From Eledone cirrhosa (Eukaryota): a stretch of 64,000 bases of DNA. The notes under the pieces are model-generated. The model worked only from the letters and a program-made list of their open reading frames with translations, was not told the DNA's origin and ran no database searches. The translations under genes and the position numbers were made by a program. The stretch covers positions 262,074,001-262,138,000 of the forward strand of contig OZ024740.1 of the NCBI GenBank assembly GCA_964016885.1, written 5' to 3'. Numbering within the stretch: the stretch's first letter is position 1; each line of letters opens with the position of its first letter. This document shows, piece by piece, positions 37,201-52,200 of the stretch.

Positions 37201-40200
37201 CACTGTCTCAGACAGGCTCGGACAGTCTTGAAGTCTAGGACACTGTCTCAGACAGGCTTGGACAGTCTTGAAGTCTAGGACACTGTTTCAGACAGGCTCG
37301 GACAGTCTTAAAGTCTAGGACACTGTTTCAGACAGGCTCGGACAGTCTTGAAGTCTAGGACAATGTTTCAGACAGGCTAGGACAGTCTTAAAGTCTAGGA
37401 CACTGTCTCAGACAGGCTCGGACAGTCTTGAAGTCTAGGACACTGTCTCAGACAGGCTCGGACAGTCTTGAAGTCTAGGACACTGTCTCAGACAGGCTTG
37501 GACAGTCTTGAAGTCTAGGACACTGTTTCAGACAGGCTCGGACAGTCTTGAAGTCTAGGACACTGTTTCAGACAGGCTCGGACAGTCTTGAAGTCTAGGA
37601 CAATGTTTCAGACAGGCTCGGACAGTCTTGAAGTCTAGGACACTGTCTCAGACAGGCTCGGACAGTCTTAAAGTCTAGGACACTGTCTCAGACAGGCTCG
37701 GACAGTCTTGAAGTCTAGGACAATGTTTCAGACAGGCTAGGACAGTCTTAAAGTCTAGGACACTGTCTCAGACAGGCTCGGACAGTCTTGAAGTCTAGGA
37801 CACTGTCTCAGACAGGCTCGGACAGTCTTGAAGTCTAGGACACTGTCTCAGACAGGCTCGGACAGTCTTGAAGTCTAGGACACTGTCTCAGACAGGCTTG
37901 GACAGTCTTGAAGTCTAGGACACTGTCTCAGACAGGCTCGGACAGTCTTGAAGTCTAGGACACTGTCTCAGACAGGCTTGGACAGTCTTGAAGTCTAGGA
38001 CACTGTCTCAGACAGGCTCGGACAGTCTTGAAGTCTAGGACACTGTCTCAGACAGGCTTGGACAGTCTTGAAGTCTAGGACACTGTCTCAGACAGGCTCG
38101 GACAGTCTTGAAGTCTAGGACACTGTCTCAGACAGGCTCGGACAGTCTTGAAGTCTAGGACACTGTCTCAGACAGGCTTGGACAGTCTTGAAGTCTAGGA
38201 CACTGTTTCAGACAGGCTCGGACAGTCTTGAAGTCTAGGACACTGTTTCAGACAGGCTCGGACAGTCTTAAAGTCTAGGACACTATCTCAGACAGGCTCG
38301 GACAGTCTTGAAGTCTAGGACACTGTCTCAGACAGGCTCGGACAGTCTTGAAGTCTAGGACACTGTCTCAGACAGGCTCGGACAGTCTTGAAGTCTAGGA
38401 CACTGTCTCAGACAGGCTCGGACAGTCTTGAAGTCTAGGACACTGTTTCAGACAGGCTCGGACAGTCTTGAAGTCTAGGACACTGTTTCAGACAGGCTCG
38501 GACAGTCTTGAAGTCTAGGACACTGTCTCAGACAGGCTCGGACAGTCTTGAAGTCTAGGACACTGTCTCAGACAGGCTCGGACAGTCTTGAAGTCTAGGA
38601 CACTGTCTCAGACAGGCTCGGACAGTCTTGAAGTCTAGGACACTGTTTCAGACAGGCTCGGACAGTCTTGAAGTCTAGGACACTGTTTCAGACAGGCTCG
38701 GACAGTCTTGAAGTCTAGGACACTGTCTCAGACAGGCTAGGACAGTCTTAAAGTCTAGGACACTGTCTCAGACAGGCTCGGACAGTCTTGAAGTCTAGGA
38801 CAATGTTTCAGACAGGCTAGGACAGTCTTAAAGTCTAGGACACTGTCTCAGACAGGCTCGGACAGTCTTGAAGTCTAGGACACTGTCTCAGACAGGCTCG
38901 GACAGTCTTGAAGTCTAGGACAATGTTTCAGACAGGCTAGGACAGTCTTAAAGTCTAGGACACTGTCTCAGACAGGCTCGGACAGTCTTGAAGTCTAGGA
39001 CAATGTTTCAGACAGGCTAGGACAGTCTTAAAGTCTAGGACACTGTCTCAGACAGGCTCGGACAGTCTTGAAGTCTAGGACAATGTTTCAGACAGGCTAG
39101 GACAGTCTTAAAGTCTAGGACACTGTCTCAGACAGGCTCGGACAGTCTTGAAGTCTAGGACACTGTCTCAGACAGGCTCGGACAGTCTTGAAGTCTAGGA
39201 CACTGTTTCAGACAGGCTCGGACAGTCTTGAAGTCTAGGACACTGTCTCAGACAGGCTCGGACAGTCTTGAAGTCTAGGACAATGTCTCAGACAGGCTCG
39301 GACAGTCTTGAAGTCTAGGACACTGTCTCAGACAGGCTCGGACAGTCTTGAAGTCTAGGACACTGTCTCAGACAGGCTCGGACAGTCTTGAAGTCTAGGA
39401 CACTGTCTCAGACAGGCTCGGACAGTCTTGAAGTCTAGGACACTGTCTCAGACAGGCTTGGACAGTCTTGAAGTCTAGGACACTGTCTCAGACAGGCTCG
39501 GACAGTCTTGAAGTCTAGGACACTGTCTCAGACAGGCTTGGACAGTCTTGAAGTCTAGGACACTGTCTCAGACAGGCTCGGACAGTCTTGAAGTCTAGGA
39601 CACTGTCTCAGACAGGCTTGGACAGTCTTGAAGTCTAGGACACTGTCTCAGACAGGCTCGGACAGTCTTGAAGTCTAGGACACTGTCTCAGACAGGCTCG
39701 GACAGTCTTGAAGTCTAGGACACTGTCTCAGACAGGCTTGGACAGTCTTGAAGTCTAGGACACTGTTTCAGACAGGCTCGGACAGTCTTGAAGTCTAGGA
39801 CACTGTCTCAGACAGGCTCGGACAGTCTTGAAGTCTAGGACACTGTCTCAGACAGGCTTGGACAGTCTTGAAGTCTAGGACAATGTCTCAGACAGGCTCG
39901 GACAGTCTTGAAGTCTAGGACACTGTCTCAGACAGGCTCGGACAGTCTTGAAGTCTAGGACACTGTCTCAGACAGGCTCGGACAGTCTTGAAGTCTAGGA
40001 CACTGTCTCAGACAGGCTTGGACAGTCTTGAAGTCTAGGACACTGTTTCAGACAGGCTCGGACAGTCTTGAAGTCTAGGACACTGTTTCAGACAGGCTCG
40101 GACAGTCTTAAAGTCTAGGACACTGTTTCAGACAGGCTCGGACAGTCTTGAAGTCTAGGACACTGTTTCAGACAGGCTCGGACAGTCTTGAAGTCTAGGA

Positions 40201-43200
40201 CACTGTTTCAGACAGGCTAGGACAGTCTTAAAGTCTAGGACACTGTCTCAGACAGGCTCGGACAGTCTTGAAGTCTAGGACAATGTTTCAGACAGGCTAG
40301 GACAGTCTTAAAGTCTAGGACACTGTCTCAGACAGGCTCGGACAGTCTTGAAGTCTAGGACACTGTCTCAGACAGGCTCGGACAGTCTTGAAGTCTAGGA
40401 CAATGTTTCAGACAGGCTAGGACAGTCTTAAAGTCTAGGACACTGTCTCAGACAGGCTCGGACAGTCTTGAAGTCTAGGACACTGTCTCAGACAGGCTCG
40501 GACAGTCTTGAAGTCTAGGACACTGTCTCAGACAGGCTCGGACAGTCTTGAAGTCTAGGACACTGTCTCAGACAGGCTTGGACAGTCTTGAAGTCTAGGA
40601 CACTGTTTCAGACAGGCTCGGACAGTCTTGAAGTCTAGGACACTGTCTCAGACAGGCTCGGACAGTCTTGAAGTCTAGGACACTGTCTCAGACAGGCTCG
40701 GACAGTCTTGAAGTCTAGGACACTGTCTCAGACAGGCTAGGACAGTCTTGAAGTCTAGGACACTGTTTCAGACAGGCTCGGACAGTCTTGAAGTCTAGGA
40801 CACTGTTTCAGACAGGCTAGGACAGTCTTGAAGTCTAGGACACTGTTTCAGACAGGCTCGGACAGTCTTAAAGTCTAGGACACTGTTTCAGACAGGCTCG
40901 GACAGTCTTGAAGTCTAGGACAATGTCTCAGACAGGCTTGGACAGTCTTGAAGTCTAGGACACTGTTTCAGACAGGCTAGGACAGTCTTAAGTCTAGGAC
41001 ACTGTCTCAGACAGGCTCGGACAGTCTTGAAGTCTAGGACACTGTCTCAGACAGGCTCGGACAGTCTTGAAGTCTAGGACACTGTCTCAGACAGGCTCGG
41101 ACAGTCTTGAAGTCTAGGACACTGTCTCAGACAGGCTTGGACAGTCTTGAAGTCTAGGACACTGTTTCAGACAGGCTCGGACAGTCTTGAAGTCTAGGAC
41201 ACTGTCTCAGACAGGCTCGGACAGTCTTGAAGTCTAGGACACTGTCTCAGACAGGCTCGGACAGTCTTGAAGTCTAGGACACTGTCTCAGACAGGCTAGG
41301 ACAGTCTTGAAGTCTAGGACACTGTTTCAGACAGGCTCGGACAGTCTTGAAGTCTAGGACACTGTTTCAGACAGGCTAGGACAGTCTTGAAGTCTAGGAC
41401 ACTGTTTCAGACAGGCTCGGACAGTCTTAAAGTCTAGGACACTGTTTCAGACAGGCTCGGACAGTCTTGAAGTCTAGGACAATGTCTCAGACAGGCTCGG
41501 ACAGTCTTGAAGTCTAGGACACTGTTTCAGACAGGCTAGGACAGTCTTGAAGTCTAGGACACTGTTTCAGACAGGCTCGGACAGTCTTGAAGTCTAGGAC
41601 ACTGTTTCAGACAGGCTCGGACAGTCTTGAAGTCTAGGACACTGTTTCAGACAGGCTCGGACAGTCTTGAAGTCTAGGACACTGTTTCAGACAGGCTAGG
41701 ACAGTCTTAAAGTCTAGGACACTGTCTCAGACAGGCTCGGACAGTCTTGAAGTCTAGGACACTGTTTCAGACAGGCTAGGACAGTCTTAAAGTCTAGGAC
41801 ACTGTTTCAGACAGGCTAGGACAGTCTTAAAGTCTAGGACAATGTCTCAGACATGCTCGGACAGTCTTGAAGTCTAGGACAATGTTTCAGACAGGCTAGG
41901 ACAGTCTTAAAGTCTAGGACACTGTCTCAGACAGGCTCGGACAGTCTTGAAGTCTAGGACACTGTCTCAGACAGGCTCGGACAGTCTTGAAGTCTAGGAC
42001 ACTGTCTCAGACAGGCTCGGACAGTCTTGAAGTCTAGGACACTGTCTCAGACAGGCTCGGACAGTCTTGAAGTCTAGGACAATGTCTCAGACAGGCTCGG
42101 ACAGTCTTGAAGTCTAGGACACTGTCTCAGACAGGCTCGGACAGTCTTGAAGTCTAGGACACTGTCTCAGACAGGCTTGGACAGTCTTGAAGTCTAGGAC
42201 ACTGTCTCAGACAGGCTCGGACAGTCTTGAAGTCTAGGACACTGTCTCAGACAGGCTTGGACAGTCTTGAAGTCTAGGACACTGTTTCAGACAGGCTCGG
42301 ACAGTCTTGAAGTCTAGGACACTGTTTCAGACAGGCTCGGACAGTCTTAAAGTCTAGGACACTGTCTCAGACAGGCTTGGACAGTCTTGAAGTCTAGGAC
42401 ACTGTCTCAGACAGGCTCGGACAGTCTTGAAGTCTAGGACACTGTTTCAGACAGGCTAGGACAGTCTTGAAGTCTAGGACACTGTCTCAGACAGGCTCGG
42501 ACAGTCTTGAAGTCTAGGACACTGTCTCAGACAGGCTCGGACAGTCTTGAAGTCTAGGACACTGTCTCAGACAGGCTAGGACAGTCTTGAAGTCTAGGAC
42601 AATGTCTCAGACAGGCTGGGACAGTCTTGAAGTCTAGGACACTGTCTCAGACAGGCTTGGACAGTCTTGAAGTCTAGGACACTGTCTCAGACAGGCTCGG
42701 ACAGTCTTGAAGTCTAGGACACTGTTTCAGACAGGCTCGGACAGTCTTGAAGTCTAGGACACTGTTTCAGACAGGCTCGGACAGTCTTAAAGTCTAGGAC
42801 ACTGTCTCAGACAGGCTCGGACAGTCTTGAAGTCTAGGACACTGTCTCAGACAGGCTCGGACAGTCTTGAAGTCTAGGACACTGTCTCAGACAGGCTTGG
42901 ACAGTCTTGAAGTCTAGGACACTGTCTCAGACAGGCTCGGACAGTCTTGAAGTCTAGGACACTGTCTCAGACAGGCTCGGACAGTCTTGAAGTCTAGGAC
43001 ACTGTCTCAGACAGGCTCGGACAGTCTTGAAGTCTAGGACACTGTCTCAGACAGGCTCGGACAGTCTTGAAGTCTAGGACACTGTCTCAGACAGGCTCGG
43101 ACAGTCTTGAAGTCTAGGACAATGTCTCAGACAGGCTTGGACAGTCTTGAAGTCTAGGACACTGTCTCAGACAGGCTCGGACAGTCTTGAAGTCTAGGAC

Positions 43201-46200
43201 ACTGTCTCAGACAGGCTCGGACAGTCTTGAAGTCTAGGACAATGTCTCAGACAGGCTCGGACAGTCTTAAAGTCTAGGACACTGTCTCAGACAGGCTCGG
43301 ACAGTCTTGAAGTCTAGGACACTGTCTCAGACAGGCTCGGACAGTCTTGAAGTCTAGGACAATGTCTCAGACAGGCTCGGACAGTCTTGAAGTCAAGGAC
43401 ACTGTCTCAGACAGGCTCGGACAGTCTTGAAGTCTAGGACACTGTCTCAGACAGGCTCGGACAGTCTTGAAGTCTAGGACACTGTCTCAGACAGGCTCGG
43501 ACAGTCTTGAAGTCTAGGACACTGTCTCAGACAGGCTCGGACAGTCTTAAAGTCTAGGACACTGTCTCAGACAGGCTCGGACAGTCTTGAAGTCTAGGAC
43601 ACTGTTTCAGACAGGCTCGGACAGTCTTAAAGTCTAGGACACTGTCTCAGACAGGCTCGGACAGTCTTGAAGTCTAGGACACTGTTTCAGACAGGCTCGG
43701 ACAGTCTTAAAGTCTAGGACACTGTCTCAGACAGGCTCGGACAGTCTTGAAGTCTAGGACACTGTCTCAGACAGGCTCGGACAGTCTTGAAGTCTAGGAC
43801 AATGTCTCAGACAGGCTCGGACAGTCTTGAAGTCTAGGACACTGTCTCAGACAGGCTCGGACAGTCTTGAAGTCTAGGACAATGTCTCAGACAGGCTCGG
43901 ACAGTCTTAAAGTCTAGGACACTGTCTCAGACAGGCTCGGACAGTCTTGAAGTCTAGGACACTGTCTCAGACAGGCTCGGACAGTCTTGAAGTCTAGGAC
44001 AATGTCTCAGACAGGCTCGGACAGTCTTAAAGTCTAGGACACTGTCTCAGACAGGCTCGGACAGTCTTGAAGTCTAGGACACTGTCTCAGACAGGCTCGG
44101 ACAGTCTTGAAGTCTAGGACAATGTCTCAGACAGGCTCGGACAGTCTTAAAGTCTAGGACACTGTCTCAGACAGGCTCGGACAGTCTTGAAGTCTAGGAC
44201 ACTGTCTCAGACAGGCTCGGACAGTCTTGAAGTCTAGGACACTGTCTCAGACAGGCTCGGACAGTCTTGAAGTCTAGGACACTGTTTCAGACAGGCTCGG
44301 ACAGTCTTGAAGTCTAGGACACTGTTTCAGACAGGCTAGGACAGTCTTGAAGTCTAGGACACTGTTTCAGACAGGCTCGGACAGTCTTGAAGTCTAGGAC
44401 ACTATCTCAGACAGGCTCGGACAGTCTTGAAGTCTAGGACACTGTCTCAGACAGGCTCGGACAGTCTTGAAGTCTAGGACACTGTCTCAGACAGGCTCGG
44501 ACAGTCTTGAAGTCTAGGACACTGTTTCAGACAGGCTCGGACAGTCTTGAAGTCTAGGACACTGTTTCAGACAGGCTCGGACAGTCTTGAAGTCTAGGAC
44601 ACTGTCTCAGACAGGCTTGGACAGTCTTGAAGTCTAGGACACTGTCTCAGACAGGCTCGGACAGTCTTGAAGTCTAGGACACTGTCTCAGACAGGCTCGG
44701 ACAGTCTTGAAGTCTAGGACAATGTTTCAGACAGGCTCGGACAGTCTTGAAGTCTAGGACACTGTCTCAGACAGGCTCGGACAGTCTTGAAGTCTAGGAC
44801 ACTGTCTCAGACAGGCTCGGACAGTCTTGAAGTCTAGGACAATGTCTCAGACAGGCTCGGACAGTCTTGAAGTCTAGGACACTGTCTCAGACAGGCTCGG
44901 ACAGTCTTGAAGTCTAGGACACTGTCTCAGACAGGCTCGGACAGTCTTGAAGTCTAGGACAATGTCTCAGACAGGCTCGGACAGTCTTGAAGTCTAGGAC
45001 AATGTCTCAGACAGGCTCGGACAGTCTTGAAGTCTAGGACACTGTCTCAGACAGGCTCGGACAGTCTTGAAGTCTAGGACAATGTCTCAGACAGGCTCGG
45101 ACAGTCTTGAAGTCTAGGACACTGTCTCAGACAGGCTCGGACAGTCTTGAAGTCTAGGACACTGTCTCAGACAGGCTCGGACAGTCTTGAAGTCTAGGAC
45201 AATGTCTCAGACAGGCTTGGACAGTCTTGAAGTCTAGGACACTGTTTCAGACAGGCTCGGACAGTCTTGAAGTCTAGGACACTGTCTCAGACAGGCTCGG
45301 ACAGTCTTGAAGTCTAGGACACTGTCTCAGACAGGCTCGGACAGTCTTGAAGTCTAGGACACTGTCTCAGACAGGCTCGGACAGTCTTAAAGTCTAGGAC
45401 ACTGTCTCAGACAGGCTCGGACAGTCTTAAAGTCTACGACACTGTCTCAGACAGGCTAGGACAGTTTGAAGTCTAGGACAATGTCTCAGACAGGCTCGGA
45501 CAGTCTTGAAGTCTAGGACACTGTCTCAGACAGGCTCGGACAGTCTTGAAGTCTAGGACACTGTCTCAGACAGGCTCGGACAGTCTTGAAGTCTAGGACA
45601 CTGTCTCAGACAGGCTCGGACAGTCTTAAAGTCTAGGACACTGTCTCAGACAGGCTCGGACAGTCTTAAAGTCTAGGACACTGTCTCAGACAGGCTCGGA
45701 CAGTCTTGAAGTCTAGGACACTGTTTCAGACAGGCTAGGACAGTCTTGAAGTCTAGGACACTGTCTCAGACAGGCTCGGACAGTCTTGAAGTCTAGGACA
45801 CTGTCTCAGACAGGCTCGGACAGTTTGAAGTCTAGGACAATGTCTCAGACAGGCTCGGACAGTCTTGAAGTCTAGGACACTGTTTCAGACAGGCTCGGAC
45901 AGTCTTGAAGTCTAGGACACTGTCTCAGACAGGCTCGGACAGTCTTGAAGTCTAGGACACTGTCTCAGACAGGCTCGGACAGTCTTGAAGTCTAGGACAC
46001 TGTCTCAGACAGGCTCGGACAGTCTTGAAGTCAAGGACACTGTTTCAGACAGGCTAGGACAGTTTGAAGTCTAGGACAATGTCTCAGACAGGCTCGGACA
46101 GTCTTGAAGTCTAGGACAATGTCTCAGACAGGCTCGGACAGTCTTGAAGTCTAGGACACTGTCTCAGACAGGCTCGGACAGTCTTGAAGTCTAGGACACT

Positions 46201-49200
46201 GTCTCAGACAGGCTTGGACAGTCTTGAAGTCTAGGACACTGTCTCAGACAGGCTAGGACAGTCTTGAAGTCTAGGACAATGTCTCAGACAGGCTCGGACA
46301 GTCTTGAAGTCTAGGACAATGTCTCAGACAGGCTCGGACAGTCTTGAAGTCTAGGACACTGTCTCAGACAGGCTCGGACAGTCTTGAAGTCTAGGACACT
46401 GTCTCAGACAGGCTCGGACAGTCTTGAAGTCTAGGACACTGTCTCAGACAGGCTAGGACAGTCTTGAAGTCTAGGACACTGTCTCAGACAGGCTTGGACA
46501 GTCTTGAAGTCTAGGACAATGTCTCAGACAGGCTCGGACAGTCTTGAAGTCTAGGACACTGTTTCAGACAGGCTAGGACAGTCTTGAAGTCTAGGACACT
46601 GTCTCAGACAGGCTTGGACAGTCTTGAAGTCTAGGACACTGTCTCAGACAGGCTTGGACAGTCTTGAAGTCTAGGACACTGTTTCAGACAGGCTAGGACA
46701 GTCTTGAAGTCTAGGACACTGTCTCAGACAGGCTTGGACAGTCTTGAAGTCTAGGACACTGTCTCAGACAGGCTTGGACAGTCTTGAAGTCTAGGACAAT
46801 GTCTCAGACAGGCTCGGACAGTCTTGAAGTCTAGGACAATGTCTCAGACAGGCTCGGACAGTCTTGAAGTCTAGGACACTGTCTCAGACAGGCTCGGACA
46901 GTCTTGAAGTCTAGGACACTGTCTCAGACAGGCTTGGACAGTCTTGAAGTCTAGGACACTGTTTCAGACAGGCTAGGACAGTCTTGAAGTCTAGGACACT
47001 GTCTCAGACAGGCTTGGACAGTCTTGAAGTCTAGGACACTGTCTCAGACAGGCTTGGACAGTCTTGAAGTCTAGGACACTGTTTCAGACAGGCTAGGACA
47101 GTCTTGAAGTCTAGGACACTGTCTCAGACAGGCTAGGACAGTCTTGAAGTCTAGGACACTGTCTCAGACAGGCTTGGACAGTCTTGAAGTCTAGGACACT
47201 GTCTCAGACAGGCTTGGACAGTCTTGAAGTCTAGGACACTGTCTCAGACAGGCTCGGACAGTCTTGAAGTCTAGGACACTGTCTCAGACAGGCTAGGACA
47301 GTCTTGAAGTCTAGGACACTGTTTCAGACAGGCTAGGACAGTCTTGAAGTCTAGGACACTGTTTCAGACAGGCTAGGACAGTCTTGAAGTCTAGGACACT
47401 GTCTCAGACAGGCTTGGACAGTCTTGAAGTCTAGGACACTGTCTCAGACAGGCTTGGACAGTCTTGAAGTCTAGGACAATGTCTCAGACAGGCTAGGACA
47501 GTCTTGAAGTCTAGGACACTGTTTCAGACAGGCTAGGACAGTCTTGAAGTCTAGGACACTGTCTCAGACAGGCTTGGACAGTCTTGAAGTCTAGGACACT
47601 GTCTCAGACAGGCTTGGACAGTCTTGAAGTCTAGGACAATGTCTCAGACAGGCTCGGACAGTCTTGAAGTCTAGGACAATGTCTCAGACAGGCTCGGACA
47701 GTCTTGAAGTCTAGGACACTGTTTCAGACAGGCTAGGACAGTCTTGAAGTCTAGGACACTGTCTCAGACAGGCTTGGACAGTCTTGAAGTCTAGGACACT
47801 GTCTCAGACAGGCTTGGACAGTCTTGAAGTCTAGGACACTGTCTCAGACAGGCTCGGACAGTCTTGAAGTCTAGGACACTGTCTCAGACAGGCTCGGACA
47901 GTCTTGAAGTCTAGGACACTGTCTCAGACAGGCTCGGACAGTCTTAAAGTCTAGGACACTGTCTCAGACAGGCTCGGACAGTCTTAAAGTCTAGGACACT
48001 GTCTCAGACAGGCTAGGACAGTTTGAAGTCTAGGACAATGTCTCAGACAGGCTCGGACAGTTTTGAAGTCTAGGACAATGTCTCAGACAGGCTCGGACAG
48101 TCTTGAAGTCTAGGACACTGTCTCAGACAGGCTCGGACAGTCTTGAAGTCTAGGACACTGTTTCAGACAGGCTAGGACAGTCTTGAAGTCTAGGACACTG
48201 TCTCAGACAGGCTTGGACAGTCTTGAAGTCTAGGACACTGTTTCAGACAGGCTAGGACAGTCTTGAAGTCTAGGACACTGTCTCAGACAGGCTTGGACAG
48301 TCTTGAAGTCTAGGACACTGTCTCAGACAGGCTTGGACAGTCTTGAAGTCTAGGACAATGTCTCAGACAGGCTCGGACAGTCTTGAAGTCTAGGACACTG
48401 TTTCAGACAGGCTAGGACAGTCTTGAAGTCTAGGACACTGTCTCAGACAGGCTTGGACAGTCTTGAAGTCTAGGACACTGTCTCAGACAGGCTTGGACAG
48501 TCTTGAAGTCTAGGACACTGTCTCAGACAGGCTCGGACAGTCTTGAAGTCTAGGACACTGTCTCAGACAGGCTCGGACAGTCTTGAAGTCTAGGACACTG
48601 TCTCAGACAGGCTAGGACAGTCTTGAAGTCTAGGACAATGTCTCAGACAGGCTCGGACAGTCTTGAAGTCTAGGACACTGTTTCAGACAGGCTAGGACAG
48701 TCTTGAAGTCTAGGACACTGTCTCAGACAGGCTTGGACAGTCTTGAAGTCTAGGACAATGTCTCAGACAGGCTCGGACAGTCTTGAAGTCTAGGACACTG
48801 TTTCAGACAGGCTAGGACAGTCTTGAAGTCTAGGACACTGTCTCAGACAGGCTTGGACAGTCTTGAAGTCTAGGACACTGTCTCAGACAGGCTTGGACAG
48901 TCTTGAAGTCTAGGACACTGTTTCAGACAGGCTAGGACAGTCTTGAAGTCTAGGACACTGTCTCAGACAGGCTTGGACAGTCTTGAAGTCTAGGACACTG
49001 TCTCAGACAGGCTTGGACAGTCTTGAAGTCTAGGACAATGTCTCAGACAGGCTCGGACAGTCTTGAAGTCTAGGACAATGTCTCAGACAGGCTCGGACAG
49101 TCTTGAAGTCTAGGACACTGTTTCAGACAGGCTAGGACAGTCTTGAAGTCTAGGACACTGTCTCAGACAGGCTTGGACAGTCTTGAAGTCTAGGACACTG

Positions 49201-52200
49201 TCTCAGACAGGCTTGGACAGTCTTGAAGTCTAGGACACTGTCTCAGACAGGCTCGGACAGTCTTGAAGTCTAGGACACTGTCTCAGACAGGCTCGGACAG
49301 TCTTGAAGTCTAGGACACTGTCTCAGACAGGCTCGGACAGTCTTAAAGTCTAGGACACTGTCTCAGACAGGCTCGGACAGTCTTAAAGTCTAGGACACTG
49401 TCTCAGACAGGCTAGGACAGTTTGAAGTCTAGGACAATGTCTCAGACAGGCTCGGACAGTTTTGAAGTCTAGGACAATGTCTCAGACAGGCTCGGACAGT
49501 CTTGAAGTCTAGGACACTGTCTCAGACAGGCTCGGACAGTCTTGAAGTCTAGGACACTGTCTCAGACAGGCTCGGACAGTCTTGAAGTCTAGGACACTGT
49601 CTCAGACAGGCTCGGACAGTCTTGAAGTCTAGGACACTGTTTCAGACAGGCTAGGACAGTCTTGAAGTCTAGGACACTGTCTCAGACAGGCTTGGACAGT
49701 CTTGAAGTCTAGGACACTGTCTCAGACAGGCTTGGACAGTCTTGAAGTCTAGGACACTGTCTCAGACAGGCTCGGACAGTCTTGAAGTCTAGGACACTGT
49801 CTCAGACAGGCTCGGACAGTCTTGAAGTCTAGGACACTGTCTCAGACAGGCTTGGACAGTCTTGAAGTCTAGGACACTGTCTCAGACAGGCTCGGACAGT
49901 CTTGAAGTCTAGGACACTGTCTCAGACAGGCTCGGACAGTCTTGAAGTCTAGGACACTGTCTCAGACAGGCTCGGACAGTCTTGAAGTCTAGGACACTGT
50001 CTCAGACAGGCTCGGACAGTCTTGAAGTCTAGGACACTGTCTCAGACAGGCTCGGACAGTCTTGAAGTCTAGGACACTGTCTCAGACAGGCTCGGACAGT
50101 CTTGAAGTCTAGGACACTGTCTCAGACAGGCTCGGACAGTCTTGAAGTCTAGGACACTGTCTCAGACAGGCTCGGACAGTCTTGAAGTCTAGGACACTGT
50201 CTCAGACAGGCTCGGACAGTCTTGAAGTCTAGGACACTGTCTCAGACAGGCTCGGACAGTCTTGAAGTCTAGGACACTGTCTCAGACAGGCTCGGACAGT
50301 CTTGAAGTCTAGGACACTGTCTCAGACAGGCTCGGACAGTCTTGAAGTCTAGGACACTGTCTCAGACAGGCTCGGACAGTCTTGAAGTCTAGGACACTGT
50401 CTCAGACAGGCTCGGACAGTCTTGAAGTCTAGGACACTGTCTCAGACAGGCTCGGACAGTCTTGAAGTCTAGGACACTGTCTCAGACAGGCTCGGACAGT
50501 CTTGAAGTCTAGGACACTGTCTCAGACAGGCTCGGACAGTCTTGAAGTCTAGGACACTATCTCAGACAGGCTCGGACAGTCTTGAAGTCTAGGACACTGT
50601 CTCAGACAGGCTCGGACAGTCTTGAAGTCTAGGACACTGTTTCAGACAGGCTAGGACAGTCTTGAAGTCTAGGACAATGTCTCAGACAGGCTCGGACAGT
50701 CTTGAAGTCTAGGACACTGTCTCAGACAGGCTCGGACAGTCTTGAAGTCTAGGACACTGTCTCAGACAGGCTCGGACAGTCTTGAAGTCTAGGACACTAT
50801 CTCAGACAGGCTCGGACAGTCTTGAAGTCTAGGACACTGTCTCAGACAGGCTCGGACAGTCTTGAAGTCTAGGACACTGTCTCAGACAGGCTCGGACAGT
50901 CTTGAAGTCTAGGACACTGTCTCAGACAGGCTCGGACAGTCTTGAAGTCTAGGACACTGTTTCAGACAGGCTAGGACAGTCTTGAAGTCTAGGACACTGT
51001 CTCAGACAGGCTAGGACAGTCTTGAAGTCTAGGACACTGTCTCAGACAGGCTCGGACAGTCTTGAAGTCTAGGACACTGTCTCAGACAGGCTCGGACAGT
51101 CTTGAAGTCTAGGACACTGTCTCAGACAGGCTAGGACAGTCTTGAAGTCTAGGACACTGTCTCAGACAGGCTCGGACAGTCTTGAAGTCTAGGACAATGT
51201 CTCAGACAGGCTCGGACAGTCTTGAAGTCTAGGACAATGTCTCAGACAGGCTTGGACAGTCTTGAAGTCTAGGACACTGTCTCAGACAGGCTCGGACAGT
51301 CTTGAAGTCTAGGACACTGTTTCAGACAGGCTAGGACAGTCTTGAAGTCTAGGACACTGTCTCAGACAGGCTAGGACAGTCTTGAAGTCTAGGACACTGT
51401 CTCACACAGGCTCGGACAGTCTTGAAGTCTAGGACAATGTCTCAGACAGGCTCGGACAGTCTTGAAGTCTAGGACAATGTCTCAGACAGGCTTGGACAGT
51501 CTTGAAGTCTAGGACAATGTCTCAGACAGGCTCGGACAGTCTTGAAGTCTAGGACAATGTCTCAGACAGGCTTGGACAGTCTTGAAGTCTAGGACACTGT
51601 TTCAGACAGGCTAGGACAGTCTTGAAGTCTAGGACAATGTCTCAGACAGGCTCGGACAGTCTTGAAGTCTAGGACAATGTCTCAGACAGGCTTGGACAGT
51701 CTTGAAGTCTAGGACAATGTCTCAGACAGGCTCGGACAGTCTTGAAGTCTAGGACAATGTCTCAGACAGGCTTGGACAGTCTTGAAGTCTAGGACAATGT
51801 CTCAGACAGGCTCGGACAGTCTTGAAGTCTAGGACAATGTCTCAGACAGGCTTGGACAGTCTTGAAGTCTAGGACAATGTCTCAGACAGGCTCGGACAGT
51901 CTTGAAGTCTAGGACAATGTCTCAGACAGGCTTGGACAGTCTTGAAGTCTAGGACACTGTTTCAGACAGGCTAGGACAGTCTTGAAGTCTAGGACAATGT
52001 CTCAGACAGGCTCGGACAGTCTTGAAGTCTAGGACACTGTTTCAGACAGGCTAGGACAGTCTTGAAGTCTAGGACACTGTCTCAGACAGGCTCGGACAGT
52101 CTTGAAGTCTAGGACACTGTCTCAGACAGGCTAGGACAGTCTTGAAGTCTAGGACACTGTCTCACACAGGCTCGGACAGTCTTGAAGTCTAGGACAATGT